DNA of 64,000 nt, taken from assembly GCA_038885755.1 (NCBI GenBank), contig JAVZZH010000001.1:453410-517409 (forward strand). The letters run 5' to 3'. Below are positions 38,609 to 47,774 of the stretch, piece after piece. The position numbers were made by a program, and so were the translations under genes. Source of the stretch: Candidatus Caldarchaeum sp. (GTDB lineage: Archaea; Thermoproteota; Nitrososphaeria_A; Caldarchaeales; Caldarchaeaceae). The notes beneath the pieces were generated by a model, which had not been told where the DNA came from, did not search any database, and was given only the letters and a program-made list of their open reading frames with translations. The number at the start of each line of letters is the position of its first letter. The stretch's first letter is position 1.

Positions 38609-39167
38609 ACTGTTTTTTCATGGACCTACCTTGATATAAGTTGTAGCTTTCTAGGATGCGGGTCCACCCGGGGCTCATCTTCCTAACTATTGCCGCGCCG
38701 TTTAGAAGGGTTTCTGGGGCTCGGAGAAGGCCTGTTAGCTTGTCGACCGAAAGGACGAAGACTCCCGACACGGGCTGGATGTTGTCGGAGTAAAGAGCCA
38801 TGATCACCGGTATGAAGAAGACTGGGTTGTTTCCCGGTTGAAGGGCTTGGAGCCTGTCGGCCAGGACCTCCGTCCTCGCAACCTCTTTCAAAACCGTTGT
38901 CTGGAGAACTTTCCCCTTCAATGGCCTCCGCCATCTTTTGCAGTCAACCACGAGGCAGAGGCTCGGAGTTGCAGCCACCACGTCGATCTGCACCCTCCGC
39001 CTACCATGCATGAGGCGTATGTCCGTTGAACACTTCATACCCGCCTCCCTGCACGCCGAGGCGACAAACTCCTCCATCCCCCTCCAGTCGAGCTCTCTAA
39101 CAACCTTCTGGGGGTCGGCTCCCATCTCCACGGCTTTCAACGCTTTCACGACGTCGCCCGAACCCAT
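38559..39167 (-). CDS. PD-(D/E)xK nuclease-fold protein, Mrr-cat-like
   Basis: WRGMEEFVASACREAGM...VQIDVVA...LVVDCKRW parallels the Mrr catalytic-domain pattern (FE...D...(Q/D)xK). The C-terminal 50 nt overlap the HIT gene. Confidence 0.5.
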   Translation of the reverse strand: MGSGDVVKALKAVEMGADPQKVVRELDWRGMEEFVASACREAGMKCSTDIRLMHGRRRVQIDVVAATPSLCLVVDCKRWRRPLKGKVLQTTVLKEVARTEVLADRLQALQPGNNPVFFIPVIMALYSDNIQPVSGVFVLSVDKLTGLLRAPETLLNGAAIVRKMSPGWTRILESYNLYQGRSMKKQFGQALGSLEDELHKNR

Positions 39168-39177
39168 TCTCTTCGCC

Positions 39178-39933
39178 TCACCGGAACAAGTCCTCTGCTT
39201 CGTCCCTCACCAGAGCCCTAGCCGGGATGCTTGTCCTGTCGTAGGCATAGCCACGGATGACGGCGGCAGGGATGCCTTCGTCTCCCTCCCCCATCACGAG
39301 CTCGGCCGCCGAAGCAAGCTCGTCGGCTATAGCTATGACCTTTGAGACGAGCGTCCTGCCGAAGAGGTCTTTCTCGCCTCTCCTGTCCCTCAAGGGGTTG
39401 ATTCCGCTGCACCCGATGGCGACGTTTACCGCTCCCTTCCTGAAAGGCCTTCCGAAGGTGTCGCTCACGACGACCGCGACGTCGACGTTCGCCAATCTCT
39501 TGATTTCGTTTCGGATCCTTTCGGCGGACTCGTCGGGGTTTTTGGGTAGGGTTATTACGTAGTCGGGCCCTCCTGAGTTGGATGCGTCGACTCCGGCGTT
39601 GGCGCAGATGAACCCGTGGTCGGTCTCGCAGACGATGACGCCTCGCCCCATCCTGACTATCCTCCTGCTGTTCCTGAGAACGATCTCCACGTGTCTCGGG
39701 TCCTTTCCCATCGTCTCGGCAAGCTTCACGGCTAGTGCGGAAGGCTCGACTTCTGAGAGCTTAACCCTGCAGCCTTCGCTGCGGGAGATGATCGAATGAG
39801 CCACGACCACGACGTCGCCGTCTACCAGCCTCTCGCCAGACCTAGACAGCGCTTCTAGAATGGCTTGACCGACGCTGCATCCCTCCTCGACGACGGGAAT
39901 TCCTTTCACAGGTATTATCTCGACTCTGTTCAA
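39178..39933 (-). CDS. cofE: Coenzyme F420-0:L-glutamate ligase family (CofE)
   Basis: VVVAHSIISRSEG, GFICANAGVDASN and VVSDTFGRPFRKGAVNVAIG. Confidence 0.75.
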   Translation of the reverse strand: MNRVEIIPVKGIPVVEEGCSVGQAILEALSRSGERLVDGDVVVVAHSIISRSEGCRVKLSEVEPSALAVKLAETMGKDPRHVEIVLRNSRRIVRMGRGVIVCETDHGFICANAGVDASNSGGPDYVITLPKNPDESAERIRNEIKRLANVDVAVVVSDTFGRPFRKGAVNVAIGCSGINPLRDRRGEKDLFGRTLVSKVIAIADELASAAELVMGEGDEGIPAAVIRGYAYDRTSIPARALVRDEAEDLFR

Positions 39934-39943
39934 CTAAGGATCC

Positions 39944-40264
39944 TCAAAGCCCCAGCCTGTCCAGCTTCTTCCGGGCTCTCGCGACTGGCGTCGGATGCAT
40001 GTTGAGTACCTGGACGTCCTCGACCGTCTTCCTCTTGACGAAGAGCCCGCACCTGCCGTCGGGCAGAAGCTTCATCTGGTTGCACTGGGCGTAGGGACAC
40101 TGGTATCCTATGCAGGGAGCGTCAACCCAGTTGCACCACGGCGGGTCTCTCCTGTAGTCGAGGACTTTTTTAGCGCATCTGAAAAACCTGCAAAGAGGGT
40201 TGCATATCGGTGTCGGTTCTTTGCTCAAGGTCCAGTTAGCCAATTCTGAACCCCACTTTACCAC
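39944..40264 (-). CDS. Cysteine-rich small protein (8 Cys), unknown function
   Basis: ICNPLCRFFRC...WCNWVDAPCIGYQCPYAQC...GRC with a basic C-terminal tail. Confidence 0.45.
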   Translation of the reverse strand: MVKWGSELANWTLSKEPTPICNPLCRFFRCAKKVLDYRRDPPWCNWVDAPCIGYQCPYAQCNQMKLLPDGRCGLFVKRKTVEDVQVLNMHPTPVARARKKLDRLGL

Positions 40265-40284
40265 TCGTCCAGCGTGGTTTTATA

Positions 40285-41982
40285 TTAACGTTGCCTAGAC
40301 TGCCGCAGCCTGTAAACCAGCGTCAGAAACAAAACAGCGAGGACGACCGTCAACAAGGCGGAGACAAAGACGTCCACAGCAACCAACCCCCCTCCCACGT
40401 AGACATAAGCCAAAAGCCTGACGTCCACACTTCCGGAGCCAGCCGCCGAAACCCTTTCCCTCGCCAACAGCTCAGAACCCCTGTAAACGTCGACAGTCAG
40501 CGTAGACGGCTTCTCGACCAGCAGGCTTATCGGCTGGCTCGTCGTCAGTCTGTCGACGACGACTTCGTCGTCGAGCTTGACCACAACCCTAAGGCCTTCG
40601 GCGTATGCTCCTAGGGCGTCGACCACTCTCACAGACATGGGGAAGTTGACGTTGGGCAGCCTGATGGTGAAAACTTCTCCGGACAGTTCGACGGCTCGTT
40701 TGAAGACTTCTCTCTGCTTGTATGTTATCTGGATTTCGTTGGAGCCGGGGAAGATGTTTAGAAAGCTTGCTCCGTCGGCTGTCGTCGCGTTCGCAGACCG
40801 GCCTGTCTGAGGGTCTGTTATCGTCACAACTGCTCCTGACAACGGTCTTCCTCCAGCGTCGTAGACGTTTACAGCGATTCGCTGAAACCTCAGATAAACC
40901 TCTTTAACGGTTTCACGCTGGTCAACCACAACTCTTTCGACCTGAATCCTTGTCCTCCCCCTGAAAAGAGACAGGTTGTATTCGCCCGTCCTTGATGAAA
41001 GCGGGAGGAAGCCAAAGTCGTGCAGACCGTTTTCGTCAGTGACGCCGCTAGTGAAGTTTCCAAGCTCCTTAGTGCCGATGAGCATGCCAACGCCTCTCAC
41101 AGGTCTTCCCTCGGGGTCGAGAACCTTGACTGTAAGCTTGCCTACGTCGGCGTTGAGAAATATGCTTGCGTCAGACTGGAGCGTGAGGAAGGATGAGTAG
41201 ACGACCACGTTCCTAGCCCCCAGCCTGATAGACAAAGAGGCGTTGTATGCTCCTACCTCCGTGGAGGTCGGCAGCTGTCTGACAGAAGCAACGCCACGCG
41301 ATACAGACAGCGATTGGCTATAGTTTCCAGCCCGTAGAACCAGCTCAGCGTCGACCGGCGCCTCCTGCCCGTCTCGAGACACGACCGTGAAGTTGACGTT
41401 AACCAAGCCCGCTACTACTTCGCGAAACACTCTTCCCGCCGAAACCTCTACACTACTCTGAGCCACGACTACTCCCTCTTTCGAAACTCGGAGAGAATAT
41501 GATCCCCCGACCCGGCTGACAGTCGAGTAGGGGACGTCGGAGAATAAGGCGTGCCCGGTTGCGTTTGTTCGCTGGGATACGGAGACAGCTCCTGTGGGGG
41601 CGTTCAGCGTGACGAAGACGTTCTCCACGGCTCTGCCAGCTAAATCCGATACTTTAACAGTTAGACGGCTGACGGGGGCCTGCAGCTCCATGAACGTAGT
41701 TTCAGGATACCTTATACTCGTCCTCAAAAGCTCGATGTTCTGCAGCAGGAGGACAAGCTCGTAAGAACCTGGGACAATCTGCCGGAACACAGCGTGGCCT
41801 GAGGCGTTGGTTGAAGAAGTCTCCCTGAAGCCAGGGCCCTCCACGACGACTGTGAGGCCTGGCTTGGGTAGTCCGTCCGGGTCTAGTGCTCGGACGGTTA
41901 GTGTCTGAGGCTGTTCCTGAGCATGCGCGGCCTGGATGAACGCCAGCATCAGTATAGTTAGTAGTATAGCCGTCGCCTTCAT
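40285..41982 (-). CDS. Cell-surface protein with about 6 tandem carboxypeptidase-regulatory-like beta-sandwich repeats
   Basis: Signal peptide MKATAILLTILMLAFIQAAHA. Recurring LTV(K/R)V.D..G.P..G..V blocks at about residues 27, 106, 205, 293, 378 and 468. Many N-x-S/T sequons. C-terminal TM plus RLRQSRQR. Confidence 0.65.
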   Translation of the reverse strand: MKATAILLTILMLAFIQAAHAQEQPQTLTVRALDPDGLPKPGLTVVVEGPGFRETSSTNASGHAVFRQIVPGSYELVLLLQNIELLRTSIRYPETTFMELQAPVSRLTVKVSDLAGRAVENVFVTLNAPTGAVSVSQRTNATGHALFSDVPYSTVSRVGGSYSLRVSKEGVVVAQSSVEVSAGRVFREVVAGLVNVNFTVVSRDGQEAPVDAELVLRAGNYSQSLSVSRGVASVRQLPTSTEVGAYNASLSIRLGARNVVVYSSFLTLQSDASIFLNADVGKLTVKVLDPEGRPVRGVGMLIGTKELGNFTSGVTDENGLHDFGFLPLSSRTGEYNLSLFRGRTRIQVERVVVDQRETVKEVYLRFQRIAVNVYDAGGRPLSGAVVTITDPQTGRSANATTADGASFLNIFPGSNEIQITYKQREVFKRAVELSGEVFTIRLPNVNFPMSVRVVDALGAYAEGLRVVVKLDDEVVVDRLTTSQPISLLVEKPSTLTVDVYRGSELLARERVSAAGSGSVDVRLLAYVYVGGGLVAVDVFVSALLTVVLAVLFLTLVYRLRQSRQR

Positions 41983-42009
41983 CTTTATACCCGCTAAGTT
42001 CGCTGCGTT

Positions 42010-42450
42010 TTAAATATGTATGTGCGTCTGGCTCCTTAGGAAAGAGTCGGCTTGAAGCAGCGTCTCCTTAGCCGTCTTGAAGGTAAGCTTCTCGACAGCC
42101 TTGCTGACCGGAAGCCACGTGAAGTCTAGGTGTTCGGGCGAGAGGACGATGGTTTTTGTGAAAGCTCTGCCCAGGTAAAAGACGACCTCTTTCCTTACGA
42201 GCCTCCCCTCCTTCATGAACATGTAGTTGATTGTTTTCCTGAAGCCTTGGATTATCTCGATCCGGTCGAGGCCTGTCTCCTCCCTCACCTCTCTCAGCAT
42301 GGCGTCTATCTCCAACTCGTCCTTCTCTATGTGTCCCTTGGGAAAATCCCAGTGCCCCGCCCCATACTTAAGCAGCAGGTACTCCAACCCCTCGTCCTCC
42401 ACGTAGAAAACCACAGCCCCCGCCGACCTCTCGTCGATTCTTCTCCTCAA
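42010..42450 (-). CDS. Nudix hydrolase (Ap4A-hydrolase-like)
   Basis: Nudix box GHIEKDELEIDAMLREVREETGL. Confidence 0.85.
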   Translation of the reverse strand: MRRRIDERSAGAVVFYVEDEGLEYLLLKYGAGHWDFPKGHIEKDELEIDAMLREVREETGLDRIEIIQGFRKTINYMFMKEGRLVRKEVVFYLGRAFTKTIVLSPEHLDFTWLPVSKAVEKLTFKTAKETLLQADSFLRSQTHIHI

Positions 42451-42479
42451 TCCATCATATTTTTAACCAGCGTAGATAT

Positions 42480-43388
42480 ATGCTTAAATTTTATGTTGAC
42501 ACGTCCAAGCCGATGCAGACCCTCCAGAAACCCTCATGGGTCAAGACCACGATACCCGGGCCCGGAAAGTATTCAGAGGTCAAGAGGGTCTTGAGGAGGC
42601 ATATGCTTCATACTGTCTGCGAAGAGGCCTTGTGCCCCAACCTCGGCGAATGCTGGGGCGGTGGAACGGCTACGGTGATGATACTGGGAGACATTTGCAG
42701 CAGGAGCTGCAGGTTTTGCGCAGTAAAGTCCGGCAACCCACATGGTTTCGTTGACGCGAACGAGCCTTACAACGTTGCTAGGGCTGTCGACGAGCTCGGG
42801 CTGAAGTATGTTGTGCTTACCTCGGTCTGCCGGGACGACCTCCCCGACGGCGGTGCGTCGATCTACGCTGAAACCGTGAAGGCGATTAAGAGAGTCAACA
42901 GCAAGATACTTGTCGAGGTCCTCATACCCGACTTCCGAGGGGACCGACGCTGCATCGAGACAGTTGTGGAGTCGAGGCCTGACGTGGTCGCTCACAACGT
43001 CGAGACCGTGAGAAGGCTGAGCCCCCTAGTCAGAGACGCTAGAGCTTCTTTTGACCAGTCTCTCCAAGTGCTCAAAACCGTCAAGAAGGTGGATGGAACC
43101 ATGTATACGAAATCCTCGATAATGGTGGGTCTCGGCGAGACCGTCGACGAAGTTTTGGACGCCATGAGGGAGCTGCGAGCTGCGGAAGTTGATTTTATCA
43201 CGGTGGGACAGTATCTACGCCCTACCATGAAACATTTACCTGTTAAGGAATACGTGCATCCATCTGTCTTCGACTACTACAGAACCGAGGCGTTGAAGAT
43301 GGGGTTCAAGTATGCTGCGTGCGGGCCCTTGGTCCGCAGCTCGTACAGGGCCGGTGAATTCTTCATAAGCTCCATGCTGGAGAGGTGA
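42480..43388 (+). CDS. lipA: Lipoyl synthase (classical LipA, radical SAM)
   Basis: Auxiliary cluster [12 protein letters not shown] and radical-SAM cluster CSRSCRFC. Confidence 0.9.
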   Translation: MLKFYVDTSKPMQTLQKPSWVKTTIPGPGKYSEVKRVLRRHMLHTVCEEALCPNLGECWGGGTATVMILGDICSRSCRFCAVKSGNPHGFVDANEPYNVARAVDELGLKYVVLTSVCRDDLPDGGASIYAETVKAIKRVNSKILVEVLIPDFRGDRRCIETVVESRPDVVAHNVETVRRLSPLVRDARASFDQSLQVLKTVKKVDGTMYTKSSIMVGLGETVDEVLDAMRELRAAEVDFITVGQYLRPTMKHLPVKEYVHPSVFDYYRTEALKMGFKYAACGPLVRSSYRAGEFFISSMLER

Positions 43389-43392
43389 TGCC

Positions 43393-44367
43393 GTGCCTCT
43401 GCTTAACATGGCTCAGGCTCTAAACATGGCTTTGCGGGAGGAGATGCAGAGGGATGAGAGGGTTGTCGTGCTCGGGGAGGATGTTGGAAGACGGGGCGGC
43501 GTCTTCCTGATAACGGACGGGCTTTACGAGTTGTTCGGGCCTGAAAGAGTCATCGACACGCCTCTGTCGGAGGCCGCCATAATCGGCGTGGCTGCTGGAA
43601 TGGCTATGAACGGGCTGAGGCCCGTCGCCGAGATCCAGTTTGCAGACTTTATCTTCGGAGGGTTCGACCAGATCGTCTCTAACGTTGCCAAGATTAGGTA
43701 CAGGACAGGGGGGCAGTTCTCGGTCCCGATGGTTGTAAGGGCTCCGGTCGGAGGAGGCGTCAAAGGAGGTATGTTCCACAGCCAGAGCCCCGAAGCCTAC
43801 TTCGTCCACACGCCCGGGCTGAAGGTGGTGGTGCCTTCGACTCCTTACGACGCGAAAGGACTGCTGTTGTCCTCTATAAGAGACGAAGACCCGGTTATCT
43901 TCTTCGAGCCTAAGAAGATATACAGAACGTTCAGGGAGGAGGTTCCCGAGGGTGATTACACGGTTCCTCTGGGGAAGGCGAGGGTGGCGAGGGAGGGCCA
44001 TGACGTCTCCCTGATAACTTACGCGGCACCCGTGCACGACTGCCTGAGCGTTGCCGAGAAGGCGAAAAAGGAGGGGATTGACTGCGAAGTCGTTGACCTG
44101 CGGACTCTCCTGCCTTTCGACAAGGACGCTTTAGAACGGACCGTCAAAAAGACTGGAAGACCCGTCATAGTACACGAGGCTCCTAAGACAGGAGGATTCG
44201 GAGCGGAGATAGCTGCCTTCATAGCTGAGAGGCTTCTGCTCGACCTCGAAGCTCCAGTCCTGAGGGTGGCCGGTTTCGACACACCATTCCCGTTCGCCAA
44301 CGAGCATCACTACCTTCCGAACGAGGACAGAATACTCAGGGCTGTCAGACGGTCGGCTTCTTTCTAG
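43393..44367 (+). CDS. 2-oxoacid dehydrogenase E1 component, beta subunit
   Basis: [28 protein letters not shown] and IQFADFI; 324 aa, beta subunit only. Confidence 0.85.
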   Translation: MPLLNMAQALNMALREEMQRDERVVVLGEDVGRRGGVFLITDGLYELFGPERVIDTPLSEAAIIGVAAGMAMNGLRPVAEIQFADFIFGGFDQIVSNVAKIRYRTGGQFSVPMVVRAPVGGGVKGGMFHSQSPEAYFVHTPGLKVVVPSTPYDAKGLLLSSIRDEDPVIFFEPKKIYRTFREEVPEGDYTVPLGKARVAREGHDVSLITYAAPVHDCLSVAEKAKKEGIDCEVVDLRTLLPFDKDALERTVKKTGRPVIVHEAPKTGGFGAEIAAFIAERLLLDLEAPVLRVAGFDTPFPFANEHHYLPNEDRILRAVRRSASF

Positions 44368-44372
44368 GGTGG

Positions 44373-45734
44373 TTGTGGATGAAGCTTGACGCAGTCGTGG
44401 TCGGAGGCGGTCCCGGCGGCTACGTTTCAGCGATTAGGCTGTCGCAGCTCGGGTTGAGGGCTGCGTTGGTTGAGAAGGAGGAGCTTGGAGGCGAGTGCAC
44501 CAACTACGGATGCATACCCAGCAAGCACCTCATTACCTTTGCGAAGAAGCTCTGGGCCGTCCGTGAGCTGTCGGGTAAGAAACTGGTCGAGGCCAGCTAC
44601 TCGGTGGACATGGCCGCCGTCGTCCAAGAGACGAGGTCCGTGGTTTCGAGGCTTAGGCAGGGGATTGGCTTTCTGCTCAAGTCGTACGGCGTCAGCGTCT
44701 ACAAGGGAGTTGCGGAGATCCCGGAGCCGGGCATCGTCAAAATCTCTACGGACGGGGAGGAGAAGGTTCTGGAGACGAGGAACGTGGTCGTCGCTGCTGG
44801 AACCGAGCCGGCGTCCCTGTCCTCCATCCCTTTCGACGGCCGCAGAATCATCGACTACAAGAGGGCCTTGTTCCTCGGGGAGGTTCCGAGGAGGCTTCTC
44901 GTCGTCGGCGGAGGGGCTGTGGGGCTTGAGCTGGGGACGGTTTATGCTCATCTAGGCTCATCGGTTGTGGTTGCGGAGTTCACGGACCAGCTTCTGCCGG
45001 GCTTCGACGCCGACGCAGCGAGAGCGCTCAAGAGAAGCCTCGAGAGGATGGGTGTGAAGGTCTTGCTCAAGACGACGGTGGATTCTTACAGGTACGTCGA
45101 CCGCGGTGTGGAGGTTTCTCTAACAAACGGAGAAGCCGAGACCTATGACTACGTGCTCGTGGCCGTGGGTAAGAAGCCCACGGAATGGGCGAAGCGTTTG
45201 AAAGAGGTGGGGGTCGAGCATGACGTCAAGGGATACGTGAAAACGGACAACCGGATGAGGACGAGCGTCGAGGGCATCTACGCTGTTGGAGACGTCGCAG
45301 GCCCTCCTTTCCTAGCTCATAAAGCTCAGCGGCAGGGAATAGTGGCGGCTGAATCGATCGCAGGTCTGGACACATGCTTTGACAACCTGATTCCGTTCGG
45401 AGTCTTCACAACCCCCGAGGTGGCCTCAGTCGGGCTGACTGACCAAGGGCTGAGGAGCGCCCGCTTCCCGTACAGCGCTCTGGGAAGAGCGGTGGCCGAC
45501 GGAGAGGACGGGTTCGTAAAGCTCTTCGAAGACGGCGAGGGATGTTTGGCGGGAGCCGTAGTGGTGGGGCCTCATGCAACAGACGTGGTGTCTGCGATAA
45601 CGCCTTACGTGGCCATGCACGCCAAGGTAGAGCAGGCCGCTGAAGCCGTCCAGATTCATCCAACCTACTCCGAGGCCGTGGGAGAGGCGCTGCACATCCT
45701 CCTCAGGAGGCCGGTCCACTATGTCGTCAAATAA
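44373..45734 (+). CDS. lpdA: Dihydrolipoyl dehydrogenase (E3)
   Basis: VVVGGGPGGY, redox disulfide GGECTNYGCIPSK, second GGG dinucleotide fold and C-terminal HPTYSE. Confidence 0.9.
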   Translation: MWMKLDAVVVGGGPGGYVSAIRLSQLGLRAALVEKEELGGECTNYGCIPSKHLITFAKKLWAVRELSGKKLVEASYSVDMAAVVQETRSVVSRLRQGIGFLLKSYGVSVYKGVAEIPEPGIVKISTDGEEKVLETRNVVVAAGTEPASLSSIPFDGRRIIDYKRALFLGEVPRRLLVVGGGAVGLELGTVYAHLGSSVVVAEFTDQLLPGFDADAARALKRSLERMGVKVLLKTTVDSYRYVDRGVEVSLTNGEAETYDYVLVAVGKKPTEWAKRLKEVGVEHDVKGYVKTDNRMRTSVEGIYAVGDVAGPPFLAHKAQRQGIVAAESIAGLDTCFDNLIPFGVFTTPEVASVGLTDQGLRSARFPYSALGRAVADGEDGFVKLFEDGEGCLAGAVVVGPHATDVVSAITPYVAMHAKVEQAAEAVQIHPTYSEAVGEALHILLRRPVHYVVK

Positions 45735-46383
45735 GCTGGTTTTCATAGACCTCGGGCTGGCCGATTATCTGGAGACGCACAGGCTCATGCTGCGCCTAGT
45801 CGAGAGAAGGTCGGCGGGCGAGATACCCGACACCGTTCTCCTTCTCGAGCATCACGACGTCTACACTCTCGGCAGGAGAGGGCTTGAGGAAAACGTGCTC
45901 GACAGGTCTCTACCGGTCTACAGGGTTGAGAGAGGCGGGGACGCGACATACCACGGCCCCGGCCAGCTCGTCGTCTACCCCATAATCAGCCTTCAAGAGA
46001 ACCGTCTCGGAGTGGGCGACCTCGTCAAGCTGCTCGAGGAAGCGGTCATAATGCTGCTGAAGGAGTACGGCGTGTCGGCTGAGAGGGTTCAGGGCAAGCC
46101 GGGCGTATGGGTCGGAGGCAGGAAGATTGCATCCATAGGCATGGCGCTCAAGAACTGGGTCGCTTACCACGGACTGGCCCTCAACATAAACACTGACCTC
46201 GCCAAGTTCAGGGGAATAAGGCCCTGCGGGATGGACAGCGAGACGATGACCTCGCTCCAAGCAATAACAGGCCGGAGCTTCGACATGGCTGAGGCGAAGA
46301 GAAAGTTTATACGGGTCTTCTCGACCCTGGCCGCTAAAACTCCGCTGGTTGTCGAGGAGTTGGACGGTCTGGTGGGTATTTAA
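45721..46383 (+). CDS. lipB: Octanoyltransferase LipB
   Basis: LLEHHDVYTLG, RGGDATYHGPGQLVVYPI, KIASIGMAL and PCG. Confidence 0.85.
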   Translation: MSSNKLVFIDLGLADYLETHRLMLRLVERRSAGEIPDTVLLLEHHDVYTLGRRGLEENVLDRSLPVYRVERGGDATYHGPGQLVVYPIISLQENRLGVGDLVKLLEEAVIMLLKEYGVSAERVQGKPGVWVGGRKIASIGMALKNWVAYHGLALNINTDLAKFRGIRPCGMDSETMTSLQAITGRSFDMAEAKRKFIRVFSTLAAKTPLVVEELDGLVGI

Positions 46384-46387
46384 ATCC

Positions 46388-46394
46388 TTATAAA
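46388..46394 (+). promoter_or_regulatory. TATA box upstream of tbp
   Basis: TTATAAA centred about 26 nt upstream of the GTG start at 46417, implying a leaderless or short-leader mRNA. Confidence 0.4.
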
Positions 46395-46416
46395 GTATTT
46401 AAACAGCTTAAAACCC

Positions 46417-46980
46417 GTGGCGAAAGGCCCCCCACCAAAGGTCGAGATACAGAATGTTGTCTCAAGCGTCACGCTCTTCCAGAGGCTGGACCTTGCGCAG
46501 GTCCAGAGAACTTTCCCCGACGTCGAGTACAAGCCTGCTCAGTTCCCAGGGCTTGTCTTCAGGCTTGCCAAGCCCAAGACCGCTACTCTCATCTTCAGCA
46601 GCGGCAAGATGGTCTGCACGGGTGCGAAAAGCGAGGAGGAGTCGATAAGGGCTGTCAAGACGGTTGTGAAGGCTTTGAAGAAGGAGGGTTTCCTCATCAA
46701 GGAGGAGCCTCAGATCGAGATCCAGAACATAGTAGCCTCCATCGACCTCCACGGCAGGATCGACTTGGAGAAAGCTGCCGAGACTCTGGAGAACGTTATG
46801 TATGAGCCGGAGCAGTTCCCTGGCCTGATATACAGGATGGTTAGCCCGAAGGTCGTGATTTTGATGTTTGCAAGCGGTAAGCTTGTTTGCACGGGGGCTA
46901 AGTATGAGAAAGATGTCTACGATGCTGTGAGCAAGCTTCAGGAGCTTCTAGAGGAGAAGCAGCTCATAACCTACAGCTAG
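46417..46980 (+). CDS. tbp: TATA-box binding protein
   Basis: Two direct repeats: QNVVSSV...QFPGLVFRL..PK.A.LIFSSGKMVCTGAKS and QNIVASI...QFPGLIYRM..PKVV.LMFASGKLVCTGAK. Confidence 0.95.
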   Translation: MAKGPPPKVEIQNVVSSVTLFQRLDLAQVQRTFPDVEYKPAQFPGLVFRLAKPKTATLIFSSGKMVCTGAKSEEESIRAVKTVVKALKKEGFLIKEEPQIEIQNIVASIDLHGRIDLEKAAETLENVMYEPEQFPGLIYRMVSPKVVILMFASGKLVCTGAKYEKDVYDAVSKLQELLEEKQLITYS

Positions 46981-47774
46981 ACAGGGAAATATCTTCCCAA
47001 GAACGGCATCATCTTCACGGGCTCAAGCCCGGACATCTTCACCGACACAGCGGTCGTGAATAACGCTGCGGCAACGAGCAGGAAGAAGACGTCAGCCCTC
47101 TTCATCTTCAGCACTCGGAGGCTTGTCCTCTTCTTTGAGGCGCCGAAACACTTCACCTCCATCGCCTCCGCCAAGTCGTAGGACCTTCTTATCACGTTGA
47201 CGAGAAGCGGCACCAAAATAGGTATCATGTTTCTTATCCTCTTCATGAAAGGCCCTTTGTCGATCTCCAGCCCCCTAGACCGTTGAGCGTCCATGACGTT
47301 CCTGAGCTCCTCAGCCATCACCGGCGTGAACCTTATGGCTGAGACGAAGGCGAAAGTATACTCGTAAGGCATCCTCATCTTCTGCAGCGTGAGCGCAATC
47401 TCGTCGGGGGTGGTTGTTAGGAAGAACAAGGAGAAGGAGGAGAGGAAGACGACGAGCCTGAACGAGTAGGCTAGGGCGAAACCGGTTGAGACTAGAATCG
47501 ACGGCTCTCGAGTGTACTGGCTGATGAAGGAGATTATGAAGACGATGGCCGCTAGCGGTAGTGCTCCCCTGAGTGTCTTCAGCCAGAGCCGGTGAACACG
47601 AGCCCAACGTATGAGCACGGCCTCGGCTCCGAGCAAAGCAGCCACCAGAAGGATGTCTATGTGGATTACGGCGGTCGTCAGTATCATCAGCGATGTAAGC
47701 AGCTTCACCCTCGGGTCTAGCTTGTGGACGAAAGTATTGCCCGGCCTGAACCTAAGCCCTTCAAATAAGCTCAT
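46977..47774 (-). CDS. ecfT: ECF transporter transmembrane (T) component
   Basis: Polytopic CbiQ/EcfT layout with the coupling motif DAQRSRG. Confidence 0.8.
   Translation of the reverse strand: MSLFEGLRFRPGNTFVHKLDPRVKLLTSLMILTTAVIHIDILLVAALLGAEAVLIRWARVHRLWLKTLRGALPLAAIVFIISFISQYTREPSILVSTGFALAYSFRLVVFLSSFSLFFLTTTPDEIALTLQKMRMPYEYTFAFVSAIRFTPVMAEELRNVMDAQRSRGLEIDKGPFMKRIRNMIPILVPLLVNVIRRSYDLAEAMEVKCFGASKKRTSLRVLKMKRADVFFLLVAAALFTTAVSVKMSGLEPVKMMPFLGRYFPV

Noticed and set aside
40285-41982. Periodic sequence that might be a DNA-level tandem repeat or CRISPR-like array
   Set aside because: The periodicity exists only at the protein-domain level (about 75-90 aa with diverged sequence). There are no conserved direct DNA repeats or spacers.
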